Assembly (NCBI GenBank): GCA_049964835.1
Contig: JBMFWW010000002.1
Location: 16,701-80,700, forward strand
Length of the DNA stretch: 64,000 nt
Reading direction: 5' to 3'
DNA from: Candidatus Micrarchaeia archaeon
GTDB lineage: Archaea > Micrarchaeota > Micrarchaeia > Micrarchaeales > CABMGC01
Below are positions 56,139 through 64,000 of the stretch, piece after piece. How positions within the stretch are numbered: the first letter of the stretch is position 1; every line of letters begins with the position of its first letter. The notes beneath the pieces are model-generated. The model ran no database searches. It saw nothing but the letters and a program-made list of their open reading frames with translations, and was not told the origin of the DNA. A program made the translations under genes and the position numbers.

Positions 56139-57437
56139 TTGAATAATTCTTACCGGACTAATTACATATCAGATATAGACAATACTTTGATAGGCAAAAA
56201 AATAAAAATCTCAGGCTGGGTTCATGAAGTTCGAGATATAGGTCACATAATCTTTTTATTAATAAGAGATAATACAGGAATAATACAGGTAACAGCTAAA
56301 AAAGGAGTTACTGATGATGAAGTAATGAAATCATTATTACTTCCTAAAGAAAGCGTCGTTTCACTAACTGGGACAGTAGTAGAAAATAAGCAAGCAAAAA
56401 TGGGTATCGAATTACTTCCAACAGATATTAAAAATCTAAATCCAATAACTAGTACTATACCATTCGAGGTAACCGGAAAGGTACCCGCCGATTTAGATGT
56501 CAGATTAAACTTTAGATATATTGACTTAAGAAGAGCGCAAAGCACATCGATCTTTAAAATAGAATCTACCGTTCTTAAAACTTTTAGAAAGACTTTAGAA
56601 AAAGAGGGTTTTCTAGAGATACGTACACCATCTATTGTTAAAGAAGCTACGGAGGGTGGAACTGAATTATTTAAACTTCAGTACTTTGAAAGCGATGCAT
56701 ATTTAGCTCAATCTCCACAGCTGTATAAGCAGCTTACAGTTATAGGCGGCTTTGACAGAGTTTTTATGGTTGCTCCAGTATTTAGAGCTGAAAAGCATAA
56801 CACATTATTTCATCTAAATGAAATAACTCAAATGGATGTAGAGATGGGTTTTTCAGATCATAACGACGCAATAAAAATTCTTAAGAAATCAGTTTTAAAG
56901 ATAATAGAAGCGGTAAAGAAGGAAAATACAAAAGAGCTTGAAATACTTAATGTAGAACTTGCAGCAGGAAAAATTAAAGAAATTACTTATAAAAAAGCGA
57001 TAGAAGAGTTATCGAAAAACGGCTCAAAGATATCTTACGGAGATGATTTCTCAAAAGAGGACGAAATTAATTTAAGTAAAATATTTGGCGATTTGCTTGT
57101 GGTAAAAGAGTATCCCACAAATATAAGAGCATTTTATAGTATGCCTAACCAAAAAGACCCTACACTATCAAATTCTTTTGACTTTATATACAAAGGTTTA
57201 GAGTTATCTAGTGGCGCTCAAAGAATTCACATACCTGAATTACTTGAAGAAGCGCTTGTAAAAAGAGGCAATAATCCTAGAGCATTTGATTTTTATATAA
57301 ATGCATTTAGAAATGGAGCTCCACCACATGCAGGATGGTCAATAGGTCTTGAAAGATTTGTAATGAAACTTACCAATTCGCAGAATATACGAGAATGCGT
57401 TCTATTTCCAAGAGATAGAACAAGACTCATCCCTTAG
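56139..57437 (+). CDS. aspS: aspartyl-tRNA synthetase (archaeal type)
   Basis: It has a TTG start and an OB-fold N-terminus. The class II motifs are FRAEKHNTLFHLNEITQMDVEM and GAPPHAGWSIGLERFVM. Confidence 0.9.
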   Translation: MNNSYRTNYISDIDNTLIGKKIKISGWVHEVRDIGHIIFLLIRDNTGIIQVTAKKGVTDDEVMKSLLLPKESVVSLTGTVVENKQAKMGIELLPTDIKNLNPITSTIPFEVTGKVPADLDVRLNFRYIDLRRAQSTSIFKIESTVLKTFRKTLEKEGFLEIRTPSIVKEATEGGTELFKLQYFESDAYLAQSPQLYKQLTVIGGFDRVFMVAPVFRAEKHNTLFHLNEITQMDVEMGFSDHNDAIKILKKSVLKIIEAVKKENTKELEILNVELAAGKIKEITYKKAIEELSKNGSKISYGDDFSKEDEINLSKIFGDLLVVKEYPTNIRAFYSMPNQKDPTLSNSFDFIYKGLELSSGAQRIHIPELLEEALVKRGNNPRAFDFYINAFRNGAPPHAGWSIGLERFVMKLTNSQNIRECVLFPRDRTRLIP

Positions 57438-57445
57438 GTTTTAAA

Positions 57446-58099
57446 ATGTCCAAAATGTTAAGTGAAAAAGAAGCCAACGAAATGCTTAAGATACTTAAAA
57501 AGGAATATCCAAATGTACATTATTACTTAAATTACAAAACACCTCTAGAGTTGTTAGTATGTGCAATACTTTCTGCACAAACTAGAGACGAAGTTGTAAA
57601 TAAAGCAACACCAGAATTATTTAAAAAGTTTGATACTGCGCATACGTTTTCAAAAGCCACACCAGATCAGTTAAATGAATATATAAAAAGTATAACCTTT
57701 TTTCAGGCCAAATCAAAAAACATAATAGAAGCATGTAAAGTCATTGTTGAAAAATATGATGGAAATGTTCCAAGAACAATGGGTGATCTTTTGTCTCTTC
57801 CCGGAATAGGGAGAAAAACAGCAAATACTATTTTAATAAATGCTTATGGGATAGTTGAAGGTATACCAGTAGATACTTGGGTTATAAAATTATCTACCAG
57901 AATGGGTTTTACAAAAAATAAAAATCCTGATAAAATAGAAAATGATCTTATGAACTTATTTAAAAAAGAGTACTGGAAGGATTTAGCTTATCTTTTTAAA
58001 ACACATGGAAAAGCTATTTGTAAATCTACCGTTCCTATCTGCAGCAAATGTTCAGTATCAAAATTATGTCCAAAGATAGGTGTAGAAAAATATCTCTGA
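57446..58099 (+). CDS. nth: endonuclease III
   Basis: The HhH-GPD motif is LPGIGRKTANTIL and VDTWV is present. The C-terminal 4Fe-4S cluster is CKSTVPICSKCSVSKLC. Confidence 0.9.
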   Translation: MSKMLSEKEANEMLKILKKEYPNVHYYLNYKTPLELLVCAILSAQTRDEVVNKATPELFKKFDTAHTFSKATPDQLNEYIKSITFFQAKSKNIIEACKVIVEKYDGNVPRTMGDLLSLPGIGRKTANTILINAYGIVEGIPVDTWVIKLSTRMGFTKNKNPDKIENDLMNLFKKEYWKDLAYLFKTHGKAICKSTVPICSKCSVSKLCPKIGVEKYL

Positions 58100-58103
58100 T
58101 AAT

Positions 58104-59381
58104 ATGGAATTAATATCTGATTTTCACACACATTCAAAATATGCGGGAGCCTGTAGTGAAAACTTAACAATTAAAAATATATCTAGAACATGTGTTGAAA
58201 AGGGAATAAATTTAATAAGTACCGGAGATTTTACACATCCATTGTGGTTCAAAGAAATAAAGGAAAATTTAATTGATACTGGAAGTGGCATATTTAAAAA
58301 TAAAAACACTAGCACCTCTCCATACTTTATACTTGGCACAGAGGTATGTACAGTATATAATAAAAATAATGAATCAAAAGGTATATTTTCAAGAGCTCCC
58401 GGAATAAAAAAGGTTCACAACTGCATACTTGCTCCAAATTTAGAAACAGCAGAATCAATAAATGTGGAGTTAGCAAAGTACGGTTCTTTATCTATCGATG
58501 GAAGACCGATTTTAAATATTTCTACACCTGAACTTGTTGAAAAATTAATCTCTATAAATAAAGATATTTTTATATTTCCGGCACATGCATGGACACCATG
58601 GTTTGGTGTTTTTGGCTCAATTTCTGGATTCGATTCGATAAAAGAAGCTTATGAAGATCAATCAAAACATATACATGCTATAGAGACCGGGCTTAGCAGC
58701 GATCCTTCGATGAACTGGAGAATATCAAGTATTGATAAGTATGCTTTAATATCTGGTAGTGATGCACATTCTCCACAGAAGTTAGGTAGAGAAGCAACAA
58801 TCATAAAATTAAATGATCTTACATATAAAGATGTAATAAACTCAATAATTTCTAAAAATATATCTTATACAGTAGAGTTTTTTCCAGAGGAGGGCAAATA
58901 TCACTTCGATGGACATAGAAACTGTAATATTTCATTATCACCTGAAGACTCAAAAAAATACAATAATTTGTGCCCAAAATGCAGGAAGAAATTAACCTTA
59001 GGCGTGCTAAATAGAGTAGAGCAATTATCAGATAGAGATGAAGGCTATGTTTTAAAAAATGCGCCTCCTTTTATAAAGATGGTGCCTTTAATAGAGGTAA
59101 TATCTTACATTTACTCAAAAGGTAAAGCATCAAAAACTGTACTTGAAACTTATAATAATCTTATAAAAACTTTTGGAACAGAGTTTAACTTGCTACTAAA
59201 TGCAGATATAGAAAAGATAAACTCTTGCGATGTAAATTTAGGAAAAGCAATTGATTCTATAAGATCAGGAAAGATAAATATAAAACCAGGTTACGATGGA
59301 GTTTTTGGAATTATAGATATTCTATCACGAGAGCCAAATGAGAAAAATAAAGGTTACCAGAAGACAATTCAGGAATTCTAA
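58104..59381 (+). CDS. endoQ: PHP-domain endonuclease Q-like protein
   Basis: The PHP motif DFHTHSKYAGACS sits at the N-terminus. GSDAHSPQKLG and a Zn finger, CPKCRKKLTLGVLNRV, are present. The length of about 425 aa is as in archaeal EndoQ. Confidence 0.65.
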   Translation: MELISDFHTHSKYAGACSENLTIKNISRTCVEKGINLISTGDFTHPLWFKEIKENLIDTGSGIFKNKNTSTSPYFILGTEVCTVYNKNNESKGIFSRAPGIKKVHNCILAPNLETAESINVELAKYGSLSIDGRPILNISTPELVEKLISINKDIFIFPAHAWTPWFGVFGSISGFDSIKEAYEDQSKHIHAIETGLSSDPSMNWRISSIDKYALISGSDAHSPQKLGREATIIKLNDLTYKDVINSIISKNISYTVEFFPEEGKYHFDGHRNCNISLSPEDSKKYNNLCPKCRKKLTLGVLNRVEQLSDRDEGYVLKNAPPFIKMVPLIEVISYIYSKGKASKTVLETYNNLIKTFGTEFNLLLNADIEKINSCDVNLGKAIDSIRSGKINIKPGYDGVFGIIDILSREPNEKNKGYQKTIQEF

Positions 59382-59392
59382 TCTTCACAATA

Positions 59393-60790
59393 TCAATTAC
59401 AGCTTCCTATACTACATGAAACTGAAGGTATCTGCCCGTTTACCGGGTAATCTGCCAATGCTAGATAACTTACTGTAAAGTAGACGTACGTATTTATAGA
59501 ATTTGCATTTAAGCTGTCTATAGTATAAAGAAACATATCATTGTTGGGTGCTAGTGACATCATTTGTAATTGACCTTTACTAACCCCTGGATCAGGACTA
59601 CAATAATAACCTGTAGTTAACCAGCACCAGATCACTCCTCCAGGACCTGAAACCATAGGTACATAAGAAAGTAGAATTCCGTTGCTTGTATCTATATTGC
59701 TGTTTATCGATAGCAAACCTTCATACTGGTTATTACCACACCCTATTGTATTCATTGTATAACCATTATCTATAGTAAGTCCAGAAGAGCACGCTTGTGG
59801 GTTACTAAATATATTGCTTAGTTGGGTTCCTTTAAAGTCGCTATAAAGATTAAACAACTGCGCCCCATTATCATATTCTGCATAAGTTGTTTGAAAACAT
59901 CCAGACGCGCAGTATAATTGCGGAGCATAACCAGTGTAGCCTAATGAAACTGGTTCGTTGCTAGAGACAATATTCATATAGATATTTTCTTTCCCGTTAT
60001 TTGCATTTATTCCGGAAGGAAGTTTAACCCAAATTGTAGATGTTGTTGCGGTGTTGCTCGCGCCGCTTTCTATCCAAGCATCGATTGGACTTCCGCTGCC
60101 GTATGCTCCTGTTGTGAATATGAGATTGCTCATATTTTGATTTAGTCCGTACTGTGCAAATGCACTTGGATTGATGCTTATTTCTTGTTGAAATCCAGAT
60201 GGCACTGGCATATTTTGTGAGTTTGTTATAGTCAACTGATCAGAAAATTCGACACCAACCTGCGCTGGATTTACTCCTCCAGTTTCTGTTGGTTTTATAG
60301 ATACGGTACCCTCTAACTCTCCAGCAATTCCATTTTTAGGGTTTACATAGGTTACAGACAATTCACCAGAAAAGTAGCCGCCAAAACTGCTATTATACAT
60401 TTTATTGTTTGCATAACATTGTGTATAAAAGCTACCAGAACCGTCAGGGGATAAATAAAATTGACCCAAACTTGTACCCGGCTTTTGGTAATTAATTGTG
60501 TTTGTACTTTCATAACATGCTATTCCTGTAACATTTATTGGCTGATTACCACTGTTTAACAATGTTAACATAAGTATTCCATTTGTATTCATTACATAAC
60601 TTTGGCAAACTACCCCATTATTTAATAAACATTGATTTATAGGTCCTGGAGAAAAAACACCAAGAAGATAAAGTCCAAAGAGAGCTATTGCTATTATTAA
60701 CAATGCCCATCCATGAGTAATCAAGTACTCCACTGTACTTTGTAGTTTAACTGTATTTTTAACACTTTTAACTTTAAAAATTCCGGCCAT
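59393..60790 (-). CDS. class III signal peptide (type IV pilin-like) surface protein with a DUF2341-like central domain, paralogue B
   Basis: I place the start at the internal ATG (60790; MAGIFKVKSVKNTVKLQSTVEYLITHGWALLIIAIALFGL). The longer track ORF would overlap the divergent gene at 60852. The protein shares 100 percent identical segments with paralogue A: SINPSAFAQYGLNQNMSNLIFTTGAYGSGSPIDAWIESGASNTAT and GYTGYAPQLYCASGCFQTTYAEYDNG. The C-terminus is VSCSIGSCN. Confidence 0.6.
   Translation of the reverse strand: MAGIFKVKSVKNTVKLQSTVEYLITHGWALLIIAIALFGLYLLGVFSPGPINQCLLNNGVVCQSYVMNTNGILMLTLLNSGNQPINVTGIACYESTNTINYQKPGTSLGQFYLSPDGSGSFYTQCYANNKMYNSSFGGYFSGELSVTYVNPKNGIAGELEGTVSIKPTETGGVNPAQVGVEFSDQLTITNSQNMPVPSGFQQEISINPSAFAQYGLNQNMSNLIFTTGAYGSGSPIDAWIESGASNTATTSTIWVKLPSGINANNGKENIYMNIVSSNEPVSLGYTGYAPQLYCASGCFQTTYAEYDNGAQLFNLYSDFKGTQLSNIFSNPQACSSGLTIDNGYTMNTIGCGNNQYEGLLSINSNIDTSNGILLSYVPMVSGPGGVIWCWLTTGYYCSPDPGVSKGQLQMMSLAPNNDMFLYTIDSLNANSINTYVYFTVSYLALADYPVNGQIPSVSCSIGSCN
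59866..59942. repeat. inverted repeat tract 2, copy B
   Basis: This is the reverse complement of 54354-54430, with 2 mismatches. Confidence 0.9.
60043..60176. repeat. inverted repeat tract 1, copy B
   Basis: This is the reverse complement of 54120-54252, with 1 mismatch. Confidence 0.9.
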
Positions 60791-60851
60791 TTTGTTGTCA
60801 ATACCATTATTAATAGAAAAGAATTTAAATATTTGTTGTAAATAGTAATTT

Positions 60852-62768
60852 ATGTCCGGATTATTTTTTAATAAGAATAGATTGTTTTTTGTATCAGTAA
60901 TTGCATTTTTAATATTTTCACTTACATCGGCATACAATACATCTATACATGTTCCAGCCGTTTTAGGCAATACAAATACGGGGACCATAAGCATCATAAA
61001 CTTAAGTGTTACTTCAGGAAACGGTAAAATCAGTATACTTGGTCCATCTAATGTAGGACAAAGTACATTGAATTCTGCAGAAACAGGTGTAGCTTATGCT
61101 TCTTCATTATTGAATCTTAACGAGTCGAAGTATAACTTCACATATATTATTTATGATAACTTTTCTAATGTCACAGGTCCAAGCGGCGGATTAGCATTTA
61201 CACTGTTAGCAATCTCCGGCTTAAAGCAAGTACCTTTGAAGCAAAACTTCACACTTACGGGTACAATATCAAGCAATGGAGCAGTAGGTCCAATTGGAGG
61301 CATAACTGACAAGGTTGCCGCAGCTAAAAGTTATGGTTTAAATTATGTTCTAGCTCCAGCAGTACAAAATGGAAGTTTTGAGGATACTTTATATTACATA
61401 TCTCAGCAAGTAAATAATATTCCTATAATAGAGGTAGGTAATGTTTCACAAGCCATTCCATATGCTTTTGTTGGTTATACTCCAAAGATAACTAGATTAA
61501 GTTATAATGCCTCAGCTGAAAATTATAATCTAAACATTTCAGAAGCACCATTTTCATGCATAAATTCTTGTAATCAATCGTATTTTGGTGGATTAGTAAA
61601 TTACACATTCGGAATAACATCAAATGAAATAAGCTCTATATCAAATAATTTTTCAACTGTAAAATCACAACTAAATAAAAATTTAAATATTTATAAAGAA
61701 ATTGCATCAAAAGGTTATCTATATACTGGAGCAGATCTTGCATTTCTCGAGTATATAGATGCATACACCTTTGCTAATACAAATAACTACACACTTCCTA
61801 AGGCAAATGCTCTTTTAAACTCAGTTTCAAATTACTGCAATTCATTTGAGCCCACATTTATTACACCTCAAAATTATGAGTATATAATTAGCGGAGAGGT
61901 AAGACAGTCTTGGGCACAACAAAACATATTAACTGCAAAAAGCATACTAAATCAAACACAATCAACTGATAATATAGTAGAAGCAATAAATGTGCTTGGT
62001 GAATCAAGTGCATGGTGTGCTGCAACAAAGATTTTATATCAAGAAGCAAATGCAATAAATCAAAATAATAACTCTACAGTAGCTTATGGATTTTCAAAAA
62101 ATCTTCAGAACATAGTATCTAACGATCTAAATAATCTAAAAACTCAATCTATCTACGCTGGCGATTTATACTACGAAGCAGCAAATGCCAGTTACAATCA
62201 AGGCAGATTTGGCGCAGCTCTATACTCTATCTACTACTTAAAATCAGAGTCAAATACAACTCAGCCATCAAATTACTCCGAATCATATCTAGTAAACAAT
62301 TTAACGAACATATCTGGACTATGGCCTATAGAGTATGCAAACTCTGCAGCTTTCTATGCTAATGAAGCCAATGTATCAAAAAGCAATAGTTCATCTCAAG
62401 GTTATCTAGGAGCATCGTATCCTTTAGCTTTGATTGCAATTTCTATAAATAAGCTAGATTCGTTATTAGCAAATACTCTTGTTCCTGGTGTAAATGTAAG
62501 TACAAACAGTACAGTTTCATCTATTTCAAGTATAAATTCATCATCTGAATCTTCAATATTAGGACTTTTAGGTGAGGAGTTTCAGTCAATAAATACGATT
62601 CAGCAACAGGTAAAGAATCTTCAGCTTGCAATGGAACTTGTAATAATAATGGTCGTAGTACTTCTAGTAGCTCTTATTTACTCATTAGGAAAGGAGTTCT
62701 CATTACGCAGAGAGATACTCAAAAAAGAGCAGCAACTGAAAAATATAACAAGCAAGAAAAGAAGATGA
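60852..62768 (+). CDS. exported, C-terminally anchored Lon-like (S16) serine protease domain protein
   Basis: The signal/TM sequence is LFFVSVIAFLIFSLTSA. The Lon proteolytic-domain motifs are NVTGPSGGLAFTLLAISG (compare GPSAG, catalytic Ser) and GAVGPIGGITDKVAAAKSYG (catalytic Lys). A long N-x-S/T-rich helical region follows. The C-terminal TM helix is LVIIMVVVLLVALIYSL, with a basic tail. Confidence 0.6.
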   Translation: MSGLFFNKNRLFFVSVIAFLIFSLTSAYNTSIHVPAVLGNTNTGTISIINLSVTSGNGKISILGPSNVGQSTLNSAETGVAYASSLLNLNESKYNFTYIIYDNFSNVTGPSGGLAFTLLAISGLKQVPLKQNFTLTGTISSNGAVGPIGGITDKVAAAKSYGLNYVLAPAVQNGSFEDTLYYISQQVNNIPIIEVGNVSQAIPYAFVGYTPKITRLSYNASAENYNLNISEAPFSCINSCNQSYFGGLVNYTFGITSNEISSISNNFSTVKSQLNKNLNIYKEIASKGYLYTGADLAFLEYIDAYTFANTNNYTLPKANALLNSVSNYCNSFEPTFITPQNYEYIISGEVRQSWAQQNILTAKSILNQTQSTDNIVEAINVLGESSAWCAATKILYQEANAINQNNNSTVAYGFSKNLQNIVSNDLNNLKTQSIYAGDLYYEAANASYNQGRFGAALYSIYYLKSESNTTQPSNYSESYLVNNLTNISGLWPIEYANSAAFYANEANVSKSNSSSQGYLGASYPLALIAISINKLDSLLANTLVPGVNVSTNSTVSSISSINSSSESSILGLLGEEFQSINTIQQQVKNLQLAMELVIIMVVVLLVALIYSLGKEFSLRREILKKEQQLKNITSKKRR

Positions 62769-62824
62769 GTGTTTTTGAGTAAGTACAAAAGCATGCATCT
62801 TTTATTCATTGGGGTTTTCACTTG

Positions 62825-63325
62825 ATGGCTAGAAATACTAATAATGATCCCTTCTGTAGTCCATCAATAAAAGGTAGTGTATTTTTTGAGAGCAAGAATA
62901 CAATGGTTGTATACGATATAGCTCCTGTTACTAAGGGACATTGCCTTATAATACCTAAAAGACATACACCTACAATATCTGATTTAAAAAAGTATGAGAT
63001 AACTGACATATTTGTTGTATTAAAACAAATTTTGCCTGTTTTATTAGAATATTATTCGGACGAAACAAAATCATACAACTTTATAGCACAGGTAGGAAAA
63101 TCTTCAGGAATGAGTATACCACATCTTCATTTTCATCTGATTCCAAGAAATAAAAATACTGAGGATAGTAAAGACGGTATAAACCACATATATAAAGACA
63201 TAGATTCAAAGAGAAGATTATCAAAAGATGAATACTATAAAGAGGTTTTATTTTTAAGAAAGTTATTTGATTATAAAGCTAATCAATATCTAAAAGATAA
63301 TAAAAAAGATAAAAGACATAGATAA
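62825..63325 (+). CDS. HIT (histidine triad) family nucleotide hydrolase/transferase
   Basis: The histidine triad is IPHLHFHLIPR, and VTKGHCLIIPKRH is present. The track ORF begins one codon earlier, at a TTG. Confidence 0.85.
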   Translation: MARNTNNDPFCSPSIKGSVFFESKNTMVVYDIAPVTKGHCLIIPKRHTPTISDLKKYEITDIFVVLKQILPVLLEYYSDETKSYNFIAQVGKSSGMSIPHLHFHLIPRNKNTEDSKDGINHIYKDIDSKRRLSKDEYYKEVLFLRKLFDYKANQYLKDNKKDKRHR

Positions 63326-63471
63326 AAGAATTAATAAATCTAGATTTAAAAGTAAGTTAATATAGAAAATAATATCTGCTGTACTAAGTTTTTTTATCTT
63401 GCATGCAACTTTTGCATATATGCGATATTTTTAAATACTTGTGTGCATAATAAGTACTTATTGGTGAAACA

Positions 63472-63777
63472 ATGGCGAGAAGAGGAACTCAAAATATTGA
63501 CGATATAGAACCTGAAAACTATAACTCTGGCAATATAAACGCACATATGAAAAGAATGCTTCATTACAAAGAAAGGCACTCAGGTTGGCACATATTTCAA
63601 TCAGTTTATTGGGGAATCTTCCTTTTTGTCTTTGGGATAATATTAATACTTCAGCCAACATTAGGTTATACTGTTGAGTTTGCAGCAGGTTTAGTTCTTA
63701 TAATATTATCATTGATGGTAGTAATATATGGATTTGTTATCGCACTTCACTTAAAACTTTTGAAAAAATACGGTTGA
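63472..63777 (+). CDS. small membrane protein (2 TM helices), hypothetical
   Basis: The two hydrophobic helices are GWHIFQSVYWGIFLFVFGIILIL and FAAGLVLIILSLMVVIYGFVIAL. Confidence 0.5.
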   Translation: MARRGTQNIDDIEPENYNSGNINAHMKRMLHYKERHSGWHIFQSVYWGIFLFVFGIILILQPTLGYTVEFAAGLVLIILSLMVVIYGFVIALHLKLLKKYG

Positions 63778-64000
63778 GATGTTTTTATCTTTTCCTATTT
63801 TAAATTTTTAAGAATAAAATAATTTTAAAACAAACAAGAAATAAAAGCAAAAAATAAATTAAAGGATTAAAGATAATAAATTAAATATAAAGAGATAAAT
63901 ATAAAAAATAGAAAAAATGATAAATAAAATAAACATTTGATATTATGCCATTCATACCAAACATATACAAAAGCAGCAAAGCAAAGTACTATGTACTTGT

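Noticed and set aside
53532-60790. A diversity-generating retroelement (template/variable repeat pair) as the explanation for the near-identical tracts.
   Set aside because: No reverse transcriptase gene is nearby. Both copies are inside coding genes. The three mismatches are not adenine-specific (A/C, A/G, T/C), so the DGR signature is absent.
63386-63445. Two short palindromes (TGCATGCA and GCATATATGC) upstream of the 63472 ORF.
   Set aside because: They could be a transcription-factor operator, but palindromes of 8 to 10 bp are expected by chance in AT-rich intergenic DNA. Nothing else supports the idea.
1-64000. A search by eye for CRISPR arrays, cas genes, toxin-antitoxin pairs, restriction-modification genes or other recognisable defence modules.
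   Set aside because: I found no regularly spaced direct repeats and no such gene families. The only repeats are the intragenic ones reported above.

Overview
This is a visibly AT-rich archaeal chromosome segment, roughly one-third G+C by eye, in which the RNA genes stand out as GC-rich islands. The content points to a small-genome, DPANN-like or Thermoplasmata-affiliated archaeon; that placement is inference from gene content and rRNA/tRNA peculiarities, not from a database hit.

Core information-processing genes present:
- gatD/gatE, argS, aspS and the small RFC subunit
- an archaeal ribosomal cluster in the order eS19, PDCD5-like, eL39, eL31, aIF6, prefoldin alpha, ftsY
- aEF-1beta with its upstream Zn-ribbon gene, Rpo11, Alba, TrmI, a KsgA-like methyltransferase and an NMD3-like protein

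Aerobic central metabolism genes present:
- a four-gene 2-oxoacid dehydrogenase operon (E1a, E1b, E2, E3)
- an sdhA / membrane protein / sdhB / fumC operon
- proline dehydrogenase, NAD kinase and MTAP

RNA genes:
- SRP RNA
- a solitary 5S rRNA
- a solitary 16S rRNA flanked by a long processing stem, with no linked 23S or spacer tRNA
- five tRNAs, two of which carry apparent introns in the D-loop

The accessory content is mostly cell surface:
- three proteins with an archaeal class III (type IV pilin-like) signal peptide, one of them 1276 aa
- an orphan secretion ATPase
- an ABC/FtsX system with a large glycoprotein
- an exported Lon-like protease
- a cysteine-less DsbA-like protein

The most interesting signal is a convergent pair of pilin-like paralogues. 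They share two near-identical inverted nucleotide tracts inside otherwise diverged genes, which suggests gene conversion or an invertible domain-swap module.

Other notable points are compensatory changes in the 16S decoding centre, an mTERF-like repeat protein, an SdhB fused to transmembrane helices, and a cluster of decayed mobile-element and pseudogene fragments around the 5S and 16S genes. I saw no CRISPR array, no intact IS element and no recognisable defence system.
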